From an uncultured Candidatus Saccharibacteria bacterium (GTDB lineage Bacteria; Patescibacteriota; UBA1384; XYA2-FULL-43-10; 1-14-0-10-43-13), in NCBI GenBank assembly GCA_964406145.1, contig CAYOQP010000002.1, positions 13,537 to 77,536 on the forward strand: 64,000 nucleotides of DNA, in the 5' to 3' direction. Made by a program: the position numbers and the translations under genes. The notes under the pieces were generated by a model. The model did not search any database. It saw only the letters and a list, made by a program, of their open reading frames with translations, and had not been told where the DNA came from. Below are positions 37,237 through 46,964 of the stretch, one piece after another. The stretch's first letter is position 1, and the number at the start of each line of letters is the position of its first letter.

Positions 37237-37800
37237 AGCTCGCTCCAACCCGGGTGGAAGATGTTCCCGGGTTGGAGCCTGCGAGCGCGCCTGTGCGTAG
37301 AGTGCGGTCAGGCGCATTGTGAGGGCTTGCCCCTCTTGATAGCGGTGAAACGCTGACGATCGCCCTAGCATCACGGGCGTGTCACGGTGTGTTGGTTTTT
37401 GACCGCTCGAAAGCGGTCGGTGGTCTGTGTCGTCCACGTTTGAAGCCGTGCACGACTCTCGATGAACCCTGAGGGCTTATCGAGGTTAAGAAGTAGTGGG
37501 GGTGATGTTCCCGCCTAGTGGAGCCTGTTCGGACTCCGACAACGCGGGTGCACATCGACCTCGGTCTTGGTGACTGCTTCCACCAATGTCGTAGCAGGTG
37601 AAGCGGGCGGGCCGCTCACTGCTAAAGCTTGAGTGATCTCTGATTGGATCGAGACGATGGCCCGGATGCTTGGAGCAACGGGAGCCACGGAAACGTATAC
37701 CGAGATCACTTGGGCCGGTGGAGGAGGACTTTGAATGATAAGCATTCACTTTCTCCTACCGAGAGTCTTTGAACACTGTCACACAGCTTGACACTAGCTC
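37237..37800 (-). ncRNA. candidate structured noncoding RNA of unassigned family (GC-rich, ORF-free)
   Basis: About 560 bp of markedly GC-rich DNA in an AT-rich genome. No plausible protein. Many strong hairpins, including a 13-bp perfect stem GCTCCAACCCGGG/CCCGGGTTGGAGC. Bounded by a minus-strand intrinsic terminator. Confidence 0.35.
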
Positions 37801-37879
37801 AGTGCTCAATGCAAAAATGGTAGCAAAAACATGTTTTGCTTGTCAATAATATAGATTGGTATTTGCTAATTAAGCTTCT

Positions 37880-38227
37880 CTATTTTTTGAGTAGGTCGTC
37901 AAGTTTGGCTTGCAATTCTTCGCCCGAACGCATTCCAACCATAGTCTCAATGGCCTTGCCTTCTTGAAAAATAATAAAGGTTGGCACACTCATAACACCA
38001 TATTCGATTGCGATTTCTTTAATCTCGTCTATATCAACTTTAGCAATTTTGACTTTATCGATGTTCTTATATTTTTCAATCATTTCATCAAGAATCGGCC
38101 CCATCATTTGACATGGACCACACCAGACAGCGAAGAAATCAACCAAAACTGGATTTTTTCCGGCTATTAAATTGTCGAATTCTTCTTTTGTGCCAACGTG
38201 AACTATTTTTTCTTTTTTGTCGGTCAT
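37880..38227 (-). CDS. trxA: thioredoxin
   Basis: WCGPC active site. Confidence 0.9.
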   Translation of the reverse strand: MTDKKEKIVHVGTKEEFDNLIAGKNPVLVDFFAVWCGPCQMMGPILDEMIEKYKNIDKVKIAKVDIDEIKEIAIEYGVMSVPTFIIFQEGKAIETMVGMRSGEELQAKLDDLLKK

Positions 38228-38246
38228 TTTCTCTCCTGTTTTCTAA

Positions 38247-38699
38247 TTAATTTTTATCTTTGGTTAGTTTTTCGGCTTCTTTTTGAAATTTTGATGCAGA
38301 GCCGAAGCTTTTGTAAACGGATAGGAATCTTAAGTATGCGACGTCATCTATCTCTTTTAGTCTCTCAATGGCAAATTTGCCTATCTGTTTGCTTGAGACG
38401 AATCTAGTTTTTAATTTGGTTACATCGTGCTCGATGGCATCAATAATGGATTCAATCTGCGTACAGGTGACCGGACGTTTTTCTAGGGCGATATGAATGC
38501 CATTGGAAAGTTTTTGGCGTTGGTAATCCTCAGACGTGCCATTGCGCTTAATGACCTTAATGCGTGGTGACTCAACACGTTCATAGGTGGTAAATCGATA
38601 GCGACAACGCAAACATTCGCGGCGGCGCCTGATCAATCTATCATCGTCGCGAGAATCTAAAACTTTGGTGTCAGACTTTTTACATTCAGGACAAAGCAT
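38247..38699 (-). CDS. nrdR: transcriptional repressor NrdR
   Basis: MLCPECKKSDTKVLDSR...CLRCRYRFTTYE zinc ribbon plus ATP-cone. Confidence 0.9.
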   Translation of the reverse strand: MLCPECKKSDTKVLDSRDDDRLIRRRRECLRCRYRFTTYERVESPRIKVIKRNGTSEDYQRQKLSNGIHIALEKRPVTCTQIESIIDAIEHDVTKLKTRFVSSKQIGKFAIERLKEIDDVAYLRFLSVYKSFGSASKFQKEAEKLTKDKN

Positions 38700-38785
38700 G
38701 TGCTATATATCCCATAAATAATACACAAAATAATTGTACAGACACAAAATATAGTGGTCAATACTAAATACGGACCAGACAAACC

Positions 38786-38814
38786 AAAAAACCCCGACAA
38801 ATCGGGGTTTTTTG
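38786..38814. terminator. bidirectional intrinsic terminator downstream of ftsZ
   Basis: AAAAAACCCCGA-CAAA-TCGGGGTTTTTT. Confidence 0.7.
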
Positions 38815-38830
38815 GGAATATTTCTTAGAA

Positions 38831-39988
38831 TTATTTCAATTTTCTACGTATAAAGGCAGGAACTTCGAGCTCATCCTCGTCATCTTCCTCTTCTTGTCGG
38901 GAAAGCTCTGGTTTGACTGGTTCTGGTTCTGGAGCAAAAAAAGCTCGATCGTTGCGGCGAAGAATCTGTGATGAGGGAATTTCAGAGATTGGTGTTTCAG
39001 CCGGAGTATAGAGTTTTTTCTGTGTGCGGCTCTGTTCTGATTCAAAGCCAGTCGCAATTACAGTGATCTTAACTTCTCCTTGCATTGCTTCATCAATGAT
39101 GGCGCCAAAGATAATGTTGGCGTCGGCATCAGCGGCTTCAGTGATAGCCTTAGCTGCTTCGTCAATCTCATACATACCAAGATCTGGACCGCCAGTAATA
39201 TTAAAGAGTATTCCTTTGGCTCCATCGATCGATAGCTCAAGGAGTGGAGAGTCGATAGCGGCACGAGCGGCTTCAATAGCGCGATTGTCACCAGTGCCAT
39301 GGCCGATACCCATCAAGGCACTACCAGCATCAGACATGATAGCTTTCACATCGGCAAAGTCAACATTGATAAGGCCATGATAAATGATAAGATCAGCAAT
39401 ACCTTGGACACCCTGTCTCAAGACATCATCGACGATACCAAAAGCGTCGAAAAGTGAGGTTTTCTTATCAATTACTTGTAAGAGTCTATCATTTGGGATT
39501 GTAATAAGAGTGTCAACACGTTCTTTCATCTCGGAAATACCGAGCTCGGCGATTTTTTTGCGTCTCAGACCTTCAAAAGAAAAAGGTTTAGTCACGACGC
39601 CAACAGTAAGAGCTCCAAGCTCTTTGGCGATATCGGCTACAAATGGCGCCGCACCAGTGCCGGTTCCGCCACCCATGCCACAGGTAACAAAAACCATATC
39701 AGCACCTTTTAGCGCCTCATATACTTCTTCTTTATTTTCTTCAATTGATTTTCTTCCGACTTCTGGATCAGCACCAGCACCAAGACCCCGAGTGGTTTCT
39801 TTGCCTATCTGAATCTTGATGGGCGCCTCATTGAATGCAAGCGCTTGAGAATCAGTATTAATCGCAATAAATTCAATACCCCTCAGTTTTGAATTGATCA
39901 TCCGAGTTATTGCACTCCCTCCAGAGCCGCCGACACCAACAACCTTGATGTTTGCGAAATTGGCGAGGTCTGAATTCTTTTCGATCAT
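38831..39988 (-). CDS. ftsZ: cell division protein FtsZ
   Basis: [30 protein letters not shown]. Confidence 0.9.
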   Translation of the reverse strand: MIEKNSDLANFANIKVVGVGGSGGSAITRMINSKLRGIEFIAINTDSQALAFNEAPIKIQIGKETTRGLGAGADPEVGRKSIEENKEEVYEALKGADMVFVTCGMGGGTGTGAAPFVADIAKELGALTVGVVTKPFSFEGLRRKKIAELGISEMKERVDTLITIPNDRLLQVIDKKTSLFDAFGIVDDVLRQGVQGIADLIIYHGLINVDFADVKAIMSDAGSALMGIGHGTGDNRAIEAARAAIDSPLLELSIDGAKGILFNITGGPDLGMYEIDEAAKAITEAADADANIIFGAIIDEAMQGEVKITVIATGFESEQSRTQKKLYTPAETPISEIPSSQILRRNDRAFFAPEPEPVKPELSRQEEEDDEDELEVPAFIRRKLK

Positions 39989-40023
39989 GTTGGTCCTTAT
40001 ATGGTATGAATACTTAATACTTT

Positions 40024-41271
40024 TTAAGGCAAGATGTGCTTAAAAGCAGACTTAAATTTAGAGACGATATTATTCAGTCCCGGTAAGTCTATACTCAAGG
40101 AATTGCCCGTGGTTGTTCTGTCTTTTCCCCAGATCATCAAACCTATGGTTGTAGAATATATCGGATCTGACAGCTTGTCAATAAGTCCGCTGATCTCAAT
40201 TGCTGGTTTGCCAACTTGAGCAGGTAGCCTCATGGTCTCTTTTGTTAGTTCTACTATGCCTTCGATCTTGGAACCGCCACCGGTAATGATTATGCCGGCC
40301 GGCAAAGAAGTATTACAATTTACTTTGACGAGATTGTCCTGAATGATCAAGAATATCTCGTTAAGTCTAGCTTCAATTATCTCAGCAATGTATTTAAGAT
40401 TGACCTTCTCGGTTTCGTTTTTATCTAATTTTGATAGATCTATTTCTTCTTTTTCGCCGATTCTGTCGGGAAGAGCATAACCGTATTTGAGCTTAATCAT
40501 CTCGGCGAGATCAATGTTAGTCCTAAGGCCGATAGCTATGTCATTGGTTATGTGGGTCGAACCAACTGGTACAACGCCACAAGTTATTAGCTCACCTTCT
40601 TCAAAAACAGCATACGAAGTAGTGTTGGCGCCGATATCAACAAGCATAACGCCGATATCCATCTGGCGACTAGAAAGAAGGACTTTTGATGTGCCGAGTG
40701 GAGAAAAAACCAAATCGGCTATCTCTAATCCTGCTTGTCTGACTGATCGAGTAAGTGACTTTATGGCGTTGGAAGAGGCGGATATGATATTTGCAACAAC
40801 TTCAAGGCGGATGCCGGTCATTCCAACGGGATCTTTGACAACTTCGGTGCCGTCAACAATAAAACTTATCGGAATAACATGGAGAACTTCTCTGTTGGGT
40901 CTGCTTGGTATTGCCTTAGCGGCCTCGACAACACGCATGACATCTTCTTCACTTATTTCTCCGTCTTGACGAGAGACTGCAATAACTCCCCTGCTTTGTT
41001 CGCATTCTATGAATGGTCCGGAAATACCAACAACAGCGTTTTGCAATGGCACTCCAGCCATTCTTTCCGCTTCCTCTAATGATAATGAGATCGCTGAGAC
41101 CGTTTCTTCAATATCGACAATAATACCTTTTCTAATGCCATTGTTCTGGCTTTTGCCAATCCCGATAATATCAATAGCGCCTGCTTCGAATTTGCCAACG
41201 CAAGTGATTACCTTAGTGTTTCCTATGTCTATTCCAACTGATATTTGAGCTTCTCGCACTACACCCTCCAA
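40024..41271 (-). CDS. ftsA: cell division protein FtsA
   Basis: Actin-like ATPase motifs (DIGNTKV..., [11 protein letters not shown]). Confidence 0.85.
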   Translation of the reverse strand: MEGVVREAQISVGIDIGNTKVITCVGKFEAGAIDIIGIGKSQNNGIRKGIIVDIEETVSAISLSLEEAERMAGVPLQNAVVGISGPFIECEQSRGVIAVSRQDGEISEEDVMRVVEAAKAIPSRPNREVLHVIPISFIVDGTEVVKDPVGMTGIRLEVVANIISASSNAIKSLTRSVRQAGLEIADLVFSPLGTSKVLLSSRQMDIGVMLVDIGANTTSYAVFEEGELITCGVVPVGSTHITNDIAIGLRTNIDLAEMIKLKYGYALPDRIGEKEEIDLSKLDKNETEKVNLKYIAEIIEARLNEIFLIIQDNLVKVNCNTSLPAGIIITGGGSKIEGIVELTKETMRLPAQVGKPAIEISGLIDKLSDPIYSTTIGLMIWGKDRTTTGNSLSIDLPGLNNIVSKFKSAFKHILP

Positions 41272-41318
41272 TAAACTACTATATAGATTTTATAATAAAA
41301 TGGTCTCTTCTTGCAAGT

Positions 41319-41759
41319 CTAGAAGACCAAATTTTTGATATATGGCATGAAAATCAAGAAACCAACAACCCCGGCAATAATTGCGGCGATTAAAACGGCA
41401 CCTGCCATAGCGTCTTTTGCCGCTCTTATTAGGACGTGATCTTCTGGATGGCAAACATCAAAAACTTTCTCTAGGGCGGTATTAATAATCTCGATAGCGA
41501 ATACCATGATAACGGCAATAAATAAAATAGCTGCCTCTAATCGAGATACCTCTAGTATATAGACAGCAATGCCAACAAGAATTGTAATAACTGCATGAAC
41601 TCGGGCATTTTGTTCAGATTTAAGCAAAAATATCACTCCTCGAATTGCATGATCAAAACTCGATAAAAACTTATTGGAATTAAATTTTTTGTAACATATT
41701 ACTTCGTCTGAGGCATGAACTCTGGATAATTCTTCTTCTGACATTTTTTTATTTTCCAT
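41319..41759 (-). CDS. dgkA: diacylglycerol/undecaprenol kinase family protein
   Basis: DAGK_prokar pattern (FDHAIRG...EIINTALE...). Confidence 0.75.
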   Translation of the reverse strand: MENKKMSEEELSRVHASDEVICYKKFNSNKFLSSFDHAIRGVIFLLKSEQNARVHAVITILVGIAVYILEVSRLEAAILFIAVIMVFAIEIINTALEKVFDVCHPEDHVLIRAAKDAMAGAVLIAAIIAGVVGFLIFMPYIKNLVF

Positions 41760-41770
41760 TGTTGTTCCTT

Positions 41771-42160
41771 TTATAAATTACAGTTGATTAGTTCGGCAGC
41801 CTTGTTCCAATCAGACTCGTTTTCTTCGTGGTCATATCCCAAAAGATGCAATAAACCGTGTTTAACAACGTCTTCAATCTCTTCATTTTTTTTATTAACA
41901 TCATCTAAAGAAATCACAATATCTCCGAGTAGCACTATTTTTTGATTTGGAATTTTTGCTTGAGGAAAAGACAAAACGTCGGTTGGCCTATTGATATTGC
42001 GATATTTACAATTGAGCTCAGTAATTTCTTCAGCGGAGATGAATATAATATTAAGATGAGCGTTTTTTATCTTAAAAACATCAAGGCAATCAACGATGAT
42101 ATTTTTAATTTTAGATATTTCTATATTTTCTGAATTAGATTGAATCTGAATTTTGTTCAT
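41771..42160 (-). CDS. ybeY: rRNA maturation RNase YbeY
   Basis: HGLLHLLGYDHE metal-binding motif. Confidence 0.85.
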   Translation of the reverse strand: MNKIQIQSNSENIEISKIKNIIVDCLDVFKIKNAHLNIIFISAEEITELNCKYRNINRPTDVLSFPQAKIPNQKIVLLGDIVISLDDVNKKNEEIEDVVKHGLLHLLGYDHEENESDWNKAAELINCNL

Positions 42161-43070
42161 GCTTGGCCGTGATTCTTTGGTGATAAATAGATTTTAATGT
42201 TTCGGTAAATGATTTTTTAAGTGTTTCGAAGTCTTGATCGGATAGACCACTATTCTTAAACTGATTTTCGGTTTGTTTGTCTCTGAGTGTGTTTGTAACT
42301 ATCTCATCCATTATTTCTTGGGTTAGATTTGGAACAGCTCGAGTCGCAGCTTCGATAGAATCAGCAAGCATGAGTATGGCTGACTCCTTTGATCTTGGTA
42401 TTGGTCCGGAGTAACGAAAATCAGTTTTTTTGATCTTCAGTCCTCTCTCCTTGGCCTTCTCAAAAAAATACAGAACCTTGGTTGTGCCGTGGTGTTCGGA
42501 GATCATGTCTAGAATCTCTGCTGGAAGATGATGCTCTGCGCCAATTTTTAACCCTGAATCAATATGGCTGATGATTTTTGCAGCCGTTGTTCTGATATAT
42601 TCAGCATTTTCAATTGTTGGGATTTCTTCTCCTGACTGGTTTTCAATAAATCGTGTTGGCGACTCTAGCTTTCCAATATCGTGATAATAGGCAGAAACTC
42701 TTACAAGCATACTGTCTGCACCAATCGATTTGGCTGCCTTTTGTCCCATGATTGATACGTTTATTGAATGATGGAATGTTCCAGGAGCTTCGTAAGCTAG
42801 TTTCAACAATAGAGGATGTGAAAAATTTTCAAAACGAGTCATTTTTTTAAGTGCCAAGACGGCGTCAAAGAAACCAGGAGATAGTGCTATAAAACCGACA
42901 GTAATCGCAATAGATATAAAAACGGCAAAAATAAACCAAACTAAAATCTTAATTATCAGCGAAAAAGACAAGAGAAGAAATAGTGATTCCAAAAGAAGGG
43001 CAGCAAAAGTTATTATCAGAGCAATTGCCAGAGTGGCCAAAATGGATATTTTAGGAATTACTTTTTTCAT
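42135..43070 (-). CDS. 7TM-HD (HDIG) membrane phosphohydrolase, PgpH/YqfF-like
   Basis: HH...H...YYHDIGK HD motif after N-terminal TM helices. Confidence 0.8.
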   Translation of the reverse strand: MKKVIPKISILATLAIALIITFAALLLESLFLLLSFSLIIKILVWFIFAVFISIAITVGFIALSPGFFDAVLALKKMTRFENFSHPLLLKLAYEAPGTFHHSINVSIMGQKAAKSIGADSMLVRVSAYYHDIGKLESPTRFIENQSGEEIPTIENAEYIRTTAAKIISHIDSGLKIGAEHHLPAEILDMISEHHGTTKVLYFFEKAKERGLKIKKTDFRYSGPIPRSKESAILMLADSIEAATRAVPNLTQEIMDEIVTNTLRDKQTENQFKNSGLSDQDFETLKKSFTETLKSIYHQRITAKHEQNSDSI

Positions 43071-43072
43071 TT

Positions 43073-43522
43073 TTATTTTACAGAGAGTTTTTCTCTAACG
43101 ATTTGAGACACAACTGAGCCATCACTTTGATTGCCTATTTCCTTCATTGCGGCGCCTATTACCTTGCCCATGTCACTCGGACCCAATGCTCCAAGATCGG
43201 AAATAATTCGCTCAACAATGGTCTCGATTTGAGCTTTATCAATCTGAGCTGGTAAATAGACATCAAGAAGTCCTATTTCGCTCTTATCTTTATCAACAAG
43301 ATCTAGCCTGTTACCTTTCGTGTACTCAACAATAGCGTCTTGTCGTTGCTTAACTTCTTTGCGTAAAATTTTGATGATTTCATCATCATTAAGGTCGTGT
43401 TTTTCGTTGATCTCACTATTTTTAATAGCACTTTTGAGCAAACGCAAAACAGAGACTTTCTGTTCGTCGTGTGCTTTATATGCACTTATGAAGTCTGATT
43501 CGATCTTTTCTTTTAGAGACAT
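43073..43522 (-). CDS. GatB/YqeY domain protein
   Basis: MSLKEKIESDFISAYKAHDEQKVSVLRLL is the typical YqeY N-terminus. Confidence 0.8.
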   Translation of the reverse strand: MSLKEKIESDFISAYKAHDEQKVSVLRLLKSAIKNSEINEKHDLNDDEIIKILRKEVKQRQDAIVEYTKGNRLDLVDKDKSEIGLLDVYLPAQIDKAQIETIVERIISDLGALGPSDMGKVIGAAMKEIGNQSDGSVVSQIVREKLSVK

Positions 43523-43523
43523 T

Positions 43524-43730
43524 TTACCAACCTCGCTTAAGCTTGTTGATGGCGCTGCGTCTAATAGCTACTTTGCGTCTGAGTCCACGATTGAGTGATT
43601 TTTCAAAAAAACGTTTCTCTTTGGCGACAGTTAAAATACCGCTCTGTTGAACTTCACGGTTAAATCTGCGAACCATTACGTCGATTCTTTCGTCGCCCTT
43701 CTTTTTGACCTCGATCAAGTAAATCACCAC
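43524..43730 (-). CDS. rpsU: 30S ribosomal protein S21
   Basis: EVKKKGDERIDVMVRRFNREVQQSGIL...; conserved rpsU-yqeY neighbourhood. Confidence 0.8.
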   Translation of the reverse strand: MVIYLIEVKKKGDERIDVMVRRFNREVQQSGILTVAKEKRFFEKSLNRGLRRKVAIRRSAINKLKRGW

Positions 43731-43812
43731 CTTTCACTGGAAAAAATGGGAAAACATTCCCTTAGTTTATGTGACAAATTATAACGTAAAATTGTCTTCT
43801 TGGCAAGAGAGT

Positions 43813-44151
43813 TCAAGCAATTGGTCCAAGCTTTGAATCACCCAATAAGTGAAGATGAATGTGGCCAACGACCTGACCAGCATCTGGGCCGGAATTAAAA
43901 ACCAAACGATACCCTGTTTTGTCTAGTTCGAGATCCGAGGCGATCTTCTTGGCCGTAAATACAAGATTGGAGATCATCGGTTTGTCCTTTTCGGCCAATT
44001 CTATGACGGATGTAATGTGTTGCTTGGGTATGATTAAAATGTGAGTTTCGGCCTGCGGGTTGATATCATCAAAGGCGATAAACATCTCATCCTCATATCG
44101 GATTTTTGAGCTGATTGAATGATCGGCAATCTTGCAGAATAAGCAATCCAT
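43813..44151 (-). CDS. HIT family protein
   Basis: Histidine triad VGHIHLHLLG. Confidence 0.8.
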   Translation of the reverse strand: MDCLFCKIADHSISSKIRYEDEMFIAFDDINPQAETHILIIPKQHITSVIELAEKDKPMISNLVFTAKKIASDLELDKTGYRLVFNSGPDAGQVVGHIHLHLLGDSKLGPIA

Positions 44152-44162
44152 ATATTCTCCTT

Positions 44163-44615
44163 TTAAAAAAATTTAAATCTGAATTTAAAATGTGATTTTT
44201 TGCGTTTACCCACACCAACAAGAGCAACCCACTCATTTTTAAGCCATTTTTCTTGAAAATCAAGATCGACTCCTAATCCCCTTTTTCTTAATTCATCGTC
44301 GACAATATCGCCCCTATGCGGAAATTTGGAAAATTGTGGCAACGGTGAGGCGAATCCGTGAGCATAATGACAGAGCTCGTGAGCGATGGTGACCCGGACT
44401 ATCCTTTCTGGTACAGTCTCATTTTTATAGAAACCCGTCACGAGAATCTTGGTATCAGACTTTTTATCTCGTCTATTTGTTTGTCTGATGCTCGCTAGTC
44501 TTCTTCGGGCCATTCTGCCAAATGATATGCTAATCTTATTTAATTTGGGAATATCGCTAAAATAATCTTTCCAAACTGTATCTAGAATTTTTTCAAGCCA
44601 AGCTGTGTCTCTCAT
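44163..44615 (-). CDS. SprT/DUF45-like zinc metallopeptidase-family protein
   Basis: AHELCHYAHG HExxH motif in a small basic protein. Confidence 0.5.
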   Translation of the reverse strand: MRDTAWLEKILDTVWKDYFSDIPKLNKISISFGRMARRRLASIRQTNRRDKKSDTKILVTGFYKNETVPERIVRVTIAHELCHYAHGFASPLPQFSKFPHRGDIVDDELRKRGLGVDLDFQEKWLKNEWVALVGVGKRKKSHFKFRFKFF

Positions 44616-44733
44616 ATGAAAAGATTATCTCACGGAACGAAAATTAATCAATATTTTAGAGGTCGATCTGATCTTGACGCTGGGCTTATTTTGTTATGTT
44701 GCTATGATCAAAAGTTGTGAAACACCTGTGCTA

Positions 44734-44762
44734 TTGACAAAAACACAATAGTGTGCTAATAT
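44734..44762 (+). promoter_or_regulatory. consensus sigma70 promoter (TTGACA-17-TAATAT)
   Basis: Seen directly; about 100 to 150 nt leader before the SLT-domain gene. Confidence 0.55.
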
Positions 44763-44867
44763 ATACTCAGACTTGGAGGTAAATCTTCAGGTTTTTTATT
44801 TAAAAAAGGTTTTAGGAATAAGGCTTTTACTCACGAATTATCCGGCCGAAAATCCTATTTATTCAAG

Positions 44868-45599
44868 ATGCCTCTCTGCTTAGAGAGACTTTGCGTTTTA
44901 TCAAGGAGGGTGTGTGAAAAAATTAAATCGAATCAGAAAATACTTGCGTCAATCGTTGTCGCATTCTTAGTTCTGGCCTCTGCTCCTATTAAGTTGGAAG
45001 CTATGCCAAAATCTTTGGATGTTTCAAGTGCTGACCAAAAGTCAATTTTGGAATTAAGAACAGATAGTCACATGGTTATTTTACCTACCGTAAGTCTTTC
45101 CAAGATTATTCCTGGCGAATCTCTTGCCCAGCGTGAGGCCCGTGAAAAGGCCGAAGCTGCTCTTAAGGCTCAGGCTGAAGCCCAAGCTAAAAGAGATACG
45201 GTTAGCCGTGATGCTCGTGTTGCTGTTAAAACTTACAATGATCCTACTAATTTTGATGAAATTTATCAAAGAGCAGGTGATGCCATGGGTGTAAGCCCGG
45301 CCTTACTTAAGGCAATTCACACTGTTGAGACCGGTGCTTCTGGCTCAACTTATAGAAGCAACCCTTCTGGTGCTACTGGTCCAATGCAGTTTTTGCCTTC
45401 AACTTTCAAAAGACATGGAATTGATGGTAATGGTGATGGAATCGCCGACATTTCTAATGTCGAAGATGCCATTTTTAGCGCCGCCGCTTATCTTAAGGCT
45501 TGTGGTTATCCTGATTTGAAAAAGGCTCTATGGGGTTATAATCCTTCGAGTTCTTATTACAATAAGGTTATGAAGCTTGCAATAAGCTTCGGCCTCTAA
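44868..45599 (+). CDS. secreted lytic transglycosylase (SLT_2/MltB-like domain)
   Basis: Signal peptide; C-terminal GATGPMQFLPSTF...GDGIADI...AIFSAAAYL. The start is uncertain: ATG 44868 and GTG 44910 are both possible. Confidence 0.7.
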   Translation: MPLCLERLCVLSRRVCEKIKSNQKILASIVVAFLVLASAPIKLEAMPKSLDVSSADQKSILELRTDSHMVILPTVSLSKIIPGESLAQREAREKAEAALKAQAEAQAKRDTVSRDARVAVKTYNDPTNFDEIYQRAGDAMGVSPALLKAIHTVETGASGSTYRSNPSGATGPMQFLPSTFKRHGIDGNGDGIADISNVEDAIFSAAAYLKACGYPDLKKALWGYNPSSSYYNKVMKLAISFGL

Positions 45600-45641
45600 T
45601 AAATAAAAAGCCCCTCGCAAGAGGGGCTTTTTATTTATGTA

Positions 45642-46946
45642 TTATATTGTTCCGTTGCCTTTAATGTTCCAGGCAGCAAGGCTACAGTTACCCTGGTTTT
45701 TCTCTTCTATTTCCATTATTCGATTATATTTGGCATTTCGTTCCGATCGACAAGGAGCGCCAGATTTTATTGTACCGCAACCAGAAGCAACTGCCAGATC
45801 GGCAATGAAATGATCTTCTGTTTCTCCGGATCGATGAGAAACAACAACCTTAAAGCCAGAGTCCTCAGCAATCTTAATCGTTTCAAGCATTTCGGTGACT
45901 GTGCCAATCTGATTGGGCTTAATTAATATTCCGGTAGAGGCTTTCTCGGTGATGCCTTTTTTAAGCAGTTCTTTATTTGTGGCATAAATATCATCACCGA
46001 TGATCTCTGTCTTACTACCGATTCTTTGTGTTAGTTCTCTCCAGCCATCCCAATCTTTTTGATCTAACGGGTCTTCAATAGAGATGATTGGATATTTCTC
46101 AGCCCAAGTAGTATAAAAATCTACCATTTCCTCGGTTGTTAGAGATTTGTTTTCGCGATGCAATTCGTAGAATCTGTCTTCTGAATACAAACGGCTGGCA
46201 GCTGGATCGAGAGCAATAAAAACGTCTTCACCGGCGTGATAATCTGCCTCGGCTATTGCCATAAGGAGAAGTTCCATTGCCTGTTCGTTGGAAAACAATG
46301 ATGGTGCATATCCACCTTCGTCGCCGACAAGTGGCTGATAATTTCTTTCTTCTAAGATTGATCCGAGTGCATGAAAAATTTCCGTTCCAGCTCTTAATGC
46401 TTCGGCAAAGGAGGGAAATTTAACTGGTGCTATCATATATTCCTGAAAATCAGTTGATCCAACTGCATGTTTTCCGCCATTCAAAATATTCAAAAGTGGT
46501 AGTGGCAAAAGTGGTCCAGATTGAGCCTTACCCATAATAGAAGCAAGATATTGGTAGAGTTCGACATTTGTGCTTTTGGCGCCGGCTTTAGCTGCGGCCA
46601 TAGACACAGACAAAATAGCATTTGCCCCAAGTTTTGATTTATTGGGTGTACCGTCAATCTCGATCATTCTTCTATCTATATTGGCCAAGTTGCTAATTTC
46701 CATGCCCAATACCGACTCTTTTATAATTGTATTTACGTTTGAGACGGCTTTTAATACGCCTTTGCCCTTATATCTTGATTCATCATTGTCTCTAAGCTCT
46801 AGAGCTTCAGCGTCTCCAGTAGAGGCGCCTGAAGGTACATAGCCGACAGCATAAGTCTGATCATCCAGTAAAATCTCGCAGGAGACGGTTGGGTTGCCAC
46901 GAGAGTCCAAGATTTCTCTGCCGCGGATATCTTTAATTGTTGCCAT
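45642..46946 (-). CDS. eno: enolase
   Basis: MATIKDIRGREILDSRGNPTV and the full enolase pattern. Confidence 0.95.
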   Translation of the reverse strand: MATIKDIRGREILDSRGNPTVSCEILLDDQTYAVGYVPSGASTGDAEALELRDNDESRYKGKGVLKAVSNVNTIIKESVLGMEISNLANIDRRMIEIDGTPNKSKLGANAILSVSMAAAKAGAKSTNVELYQYLASIMGKAQSGPLLPLPLLNILNGGKHAVGSTDFQEYMIAPVKFPSFAEALRAGTEIFHALGSILEERNYQPLVGDEGGYAPSLFSNEQAMELLLMAIAEADYHAGEDVFIALDPAASRLYSEDRFYELHRENKSLTTEEMVDFYTTWAEKYPIISIEDPLDQKDWDGWRELTQRIGSKTEIIGDDIYATNKELLKKGITEKASTGILIKPNQIGTVTEMLETIKIAEDSGFKVVVSHRSGETEDHFIADLAVASGCGTIKSGAPCRSERNAKYNRIMEIEEKNQGNCSLAAWNIKGNGTI

Positions 46947-46964
46947 TTATCCTCCTTAGTATAT

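Noticed and set aside
37201-37749. ORFs 37201-37437 (minus), 37486-37749 (minus) and 37515-37745 (minus) as protein-coding genes.
   Set aside because: No start context, no recognisable domains, mutually overlapping frames in GC-rich DNA; the region is better explained as noncoding structured RNA.
37237-37800. Assignment of the GC-rich segment to RNase P RNA or tmRNA.
   Set aside because: Only isolated short matches were found: an AAAGUCC heptamer on the minus strand, and GGGGGUGAU / GGUGCA...CCUCGG on the plus strand. The P4 partner strand, GGUAAGAGCGCACC, T-arm GGUUCGA and 3' CCA context are all absent.
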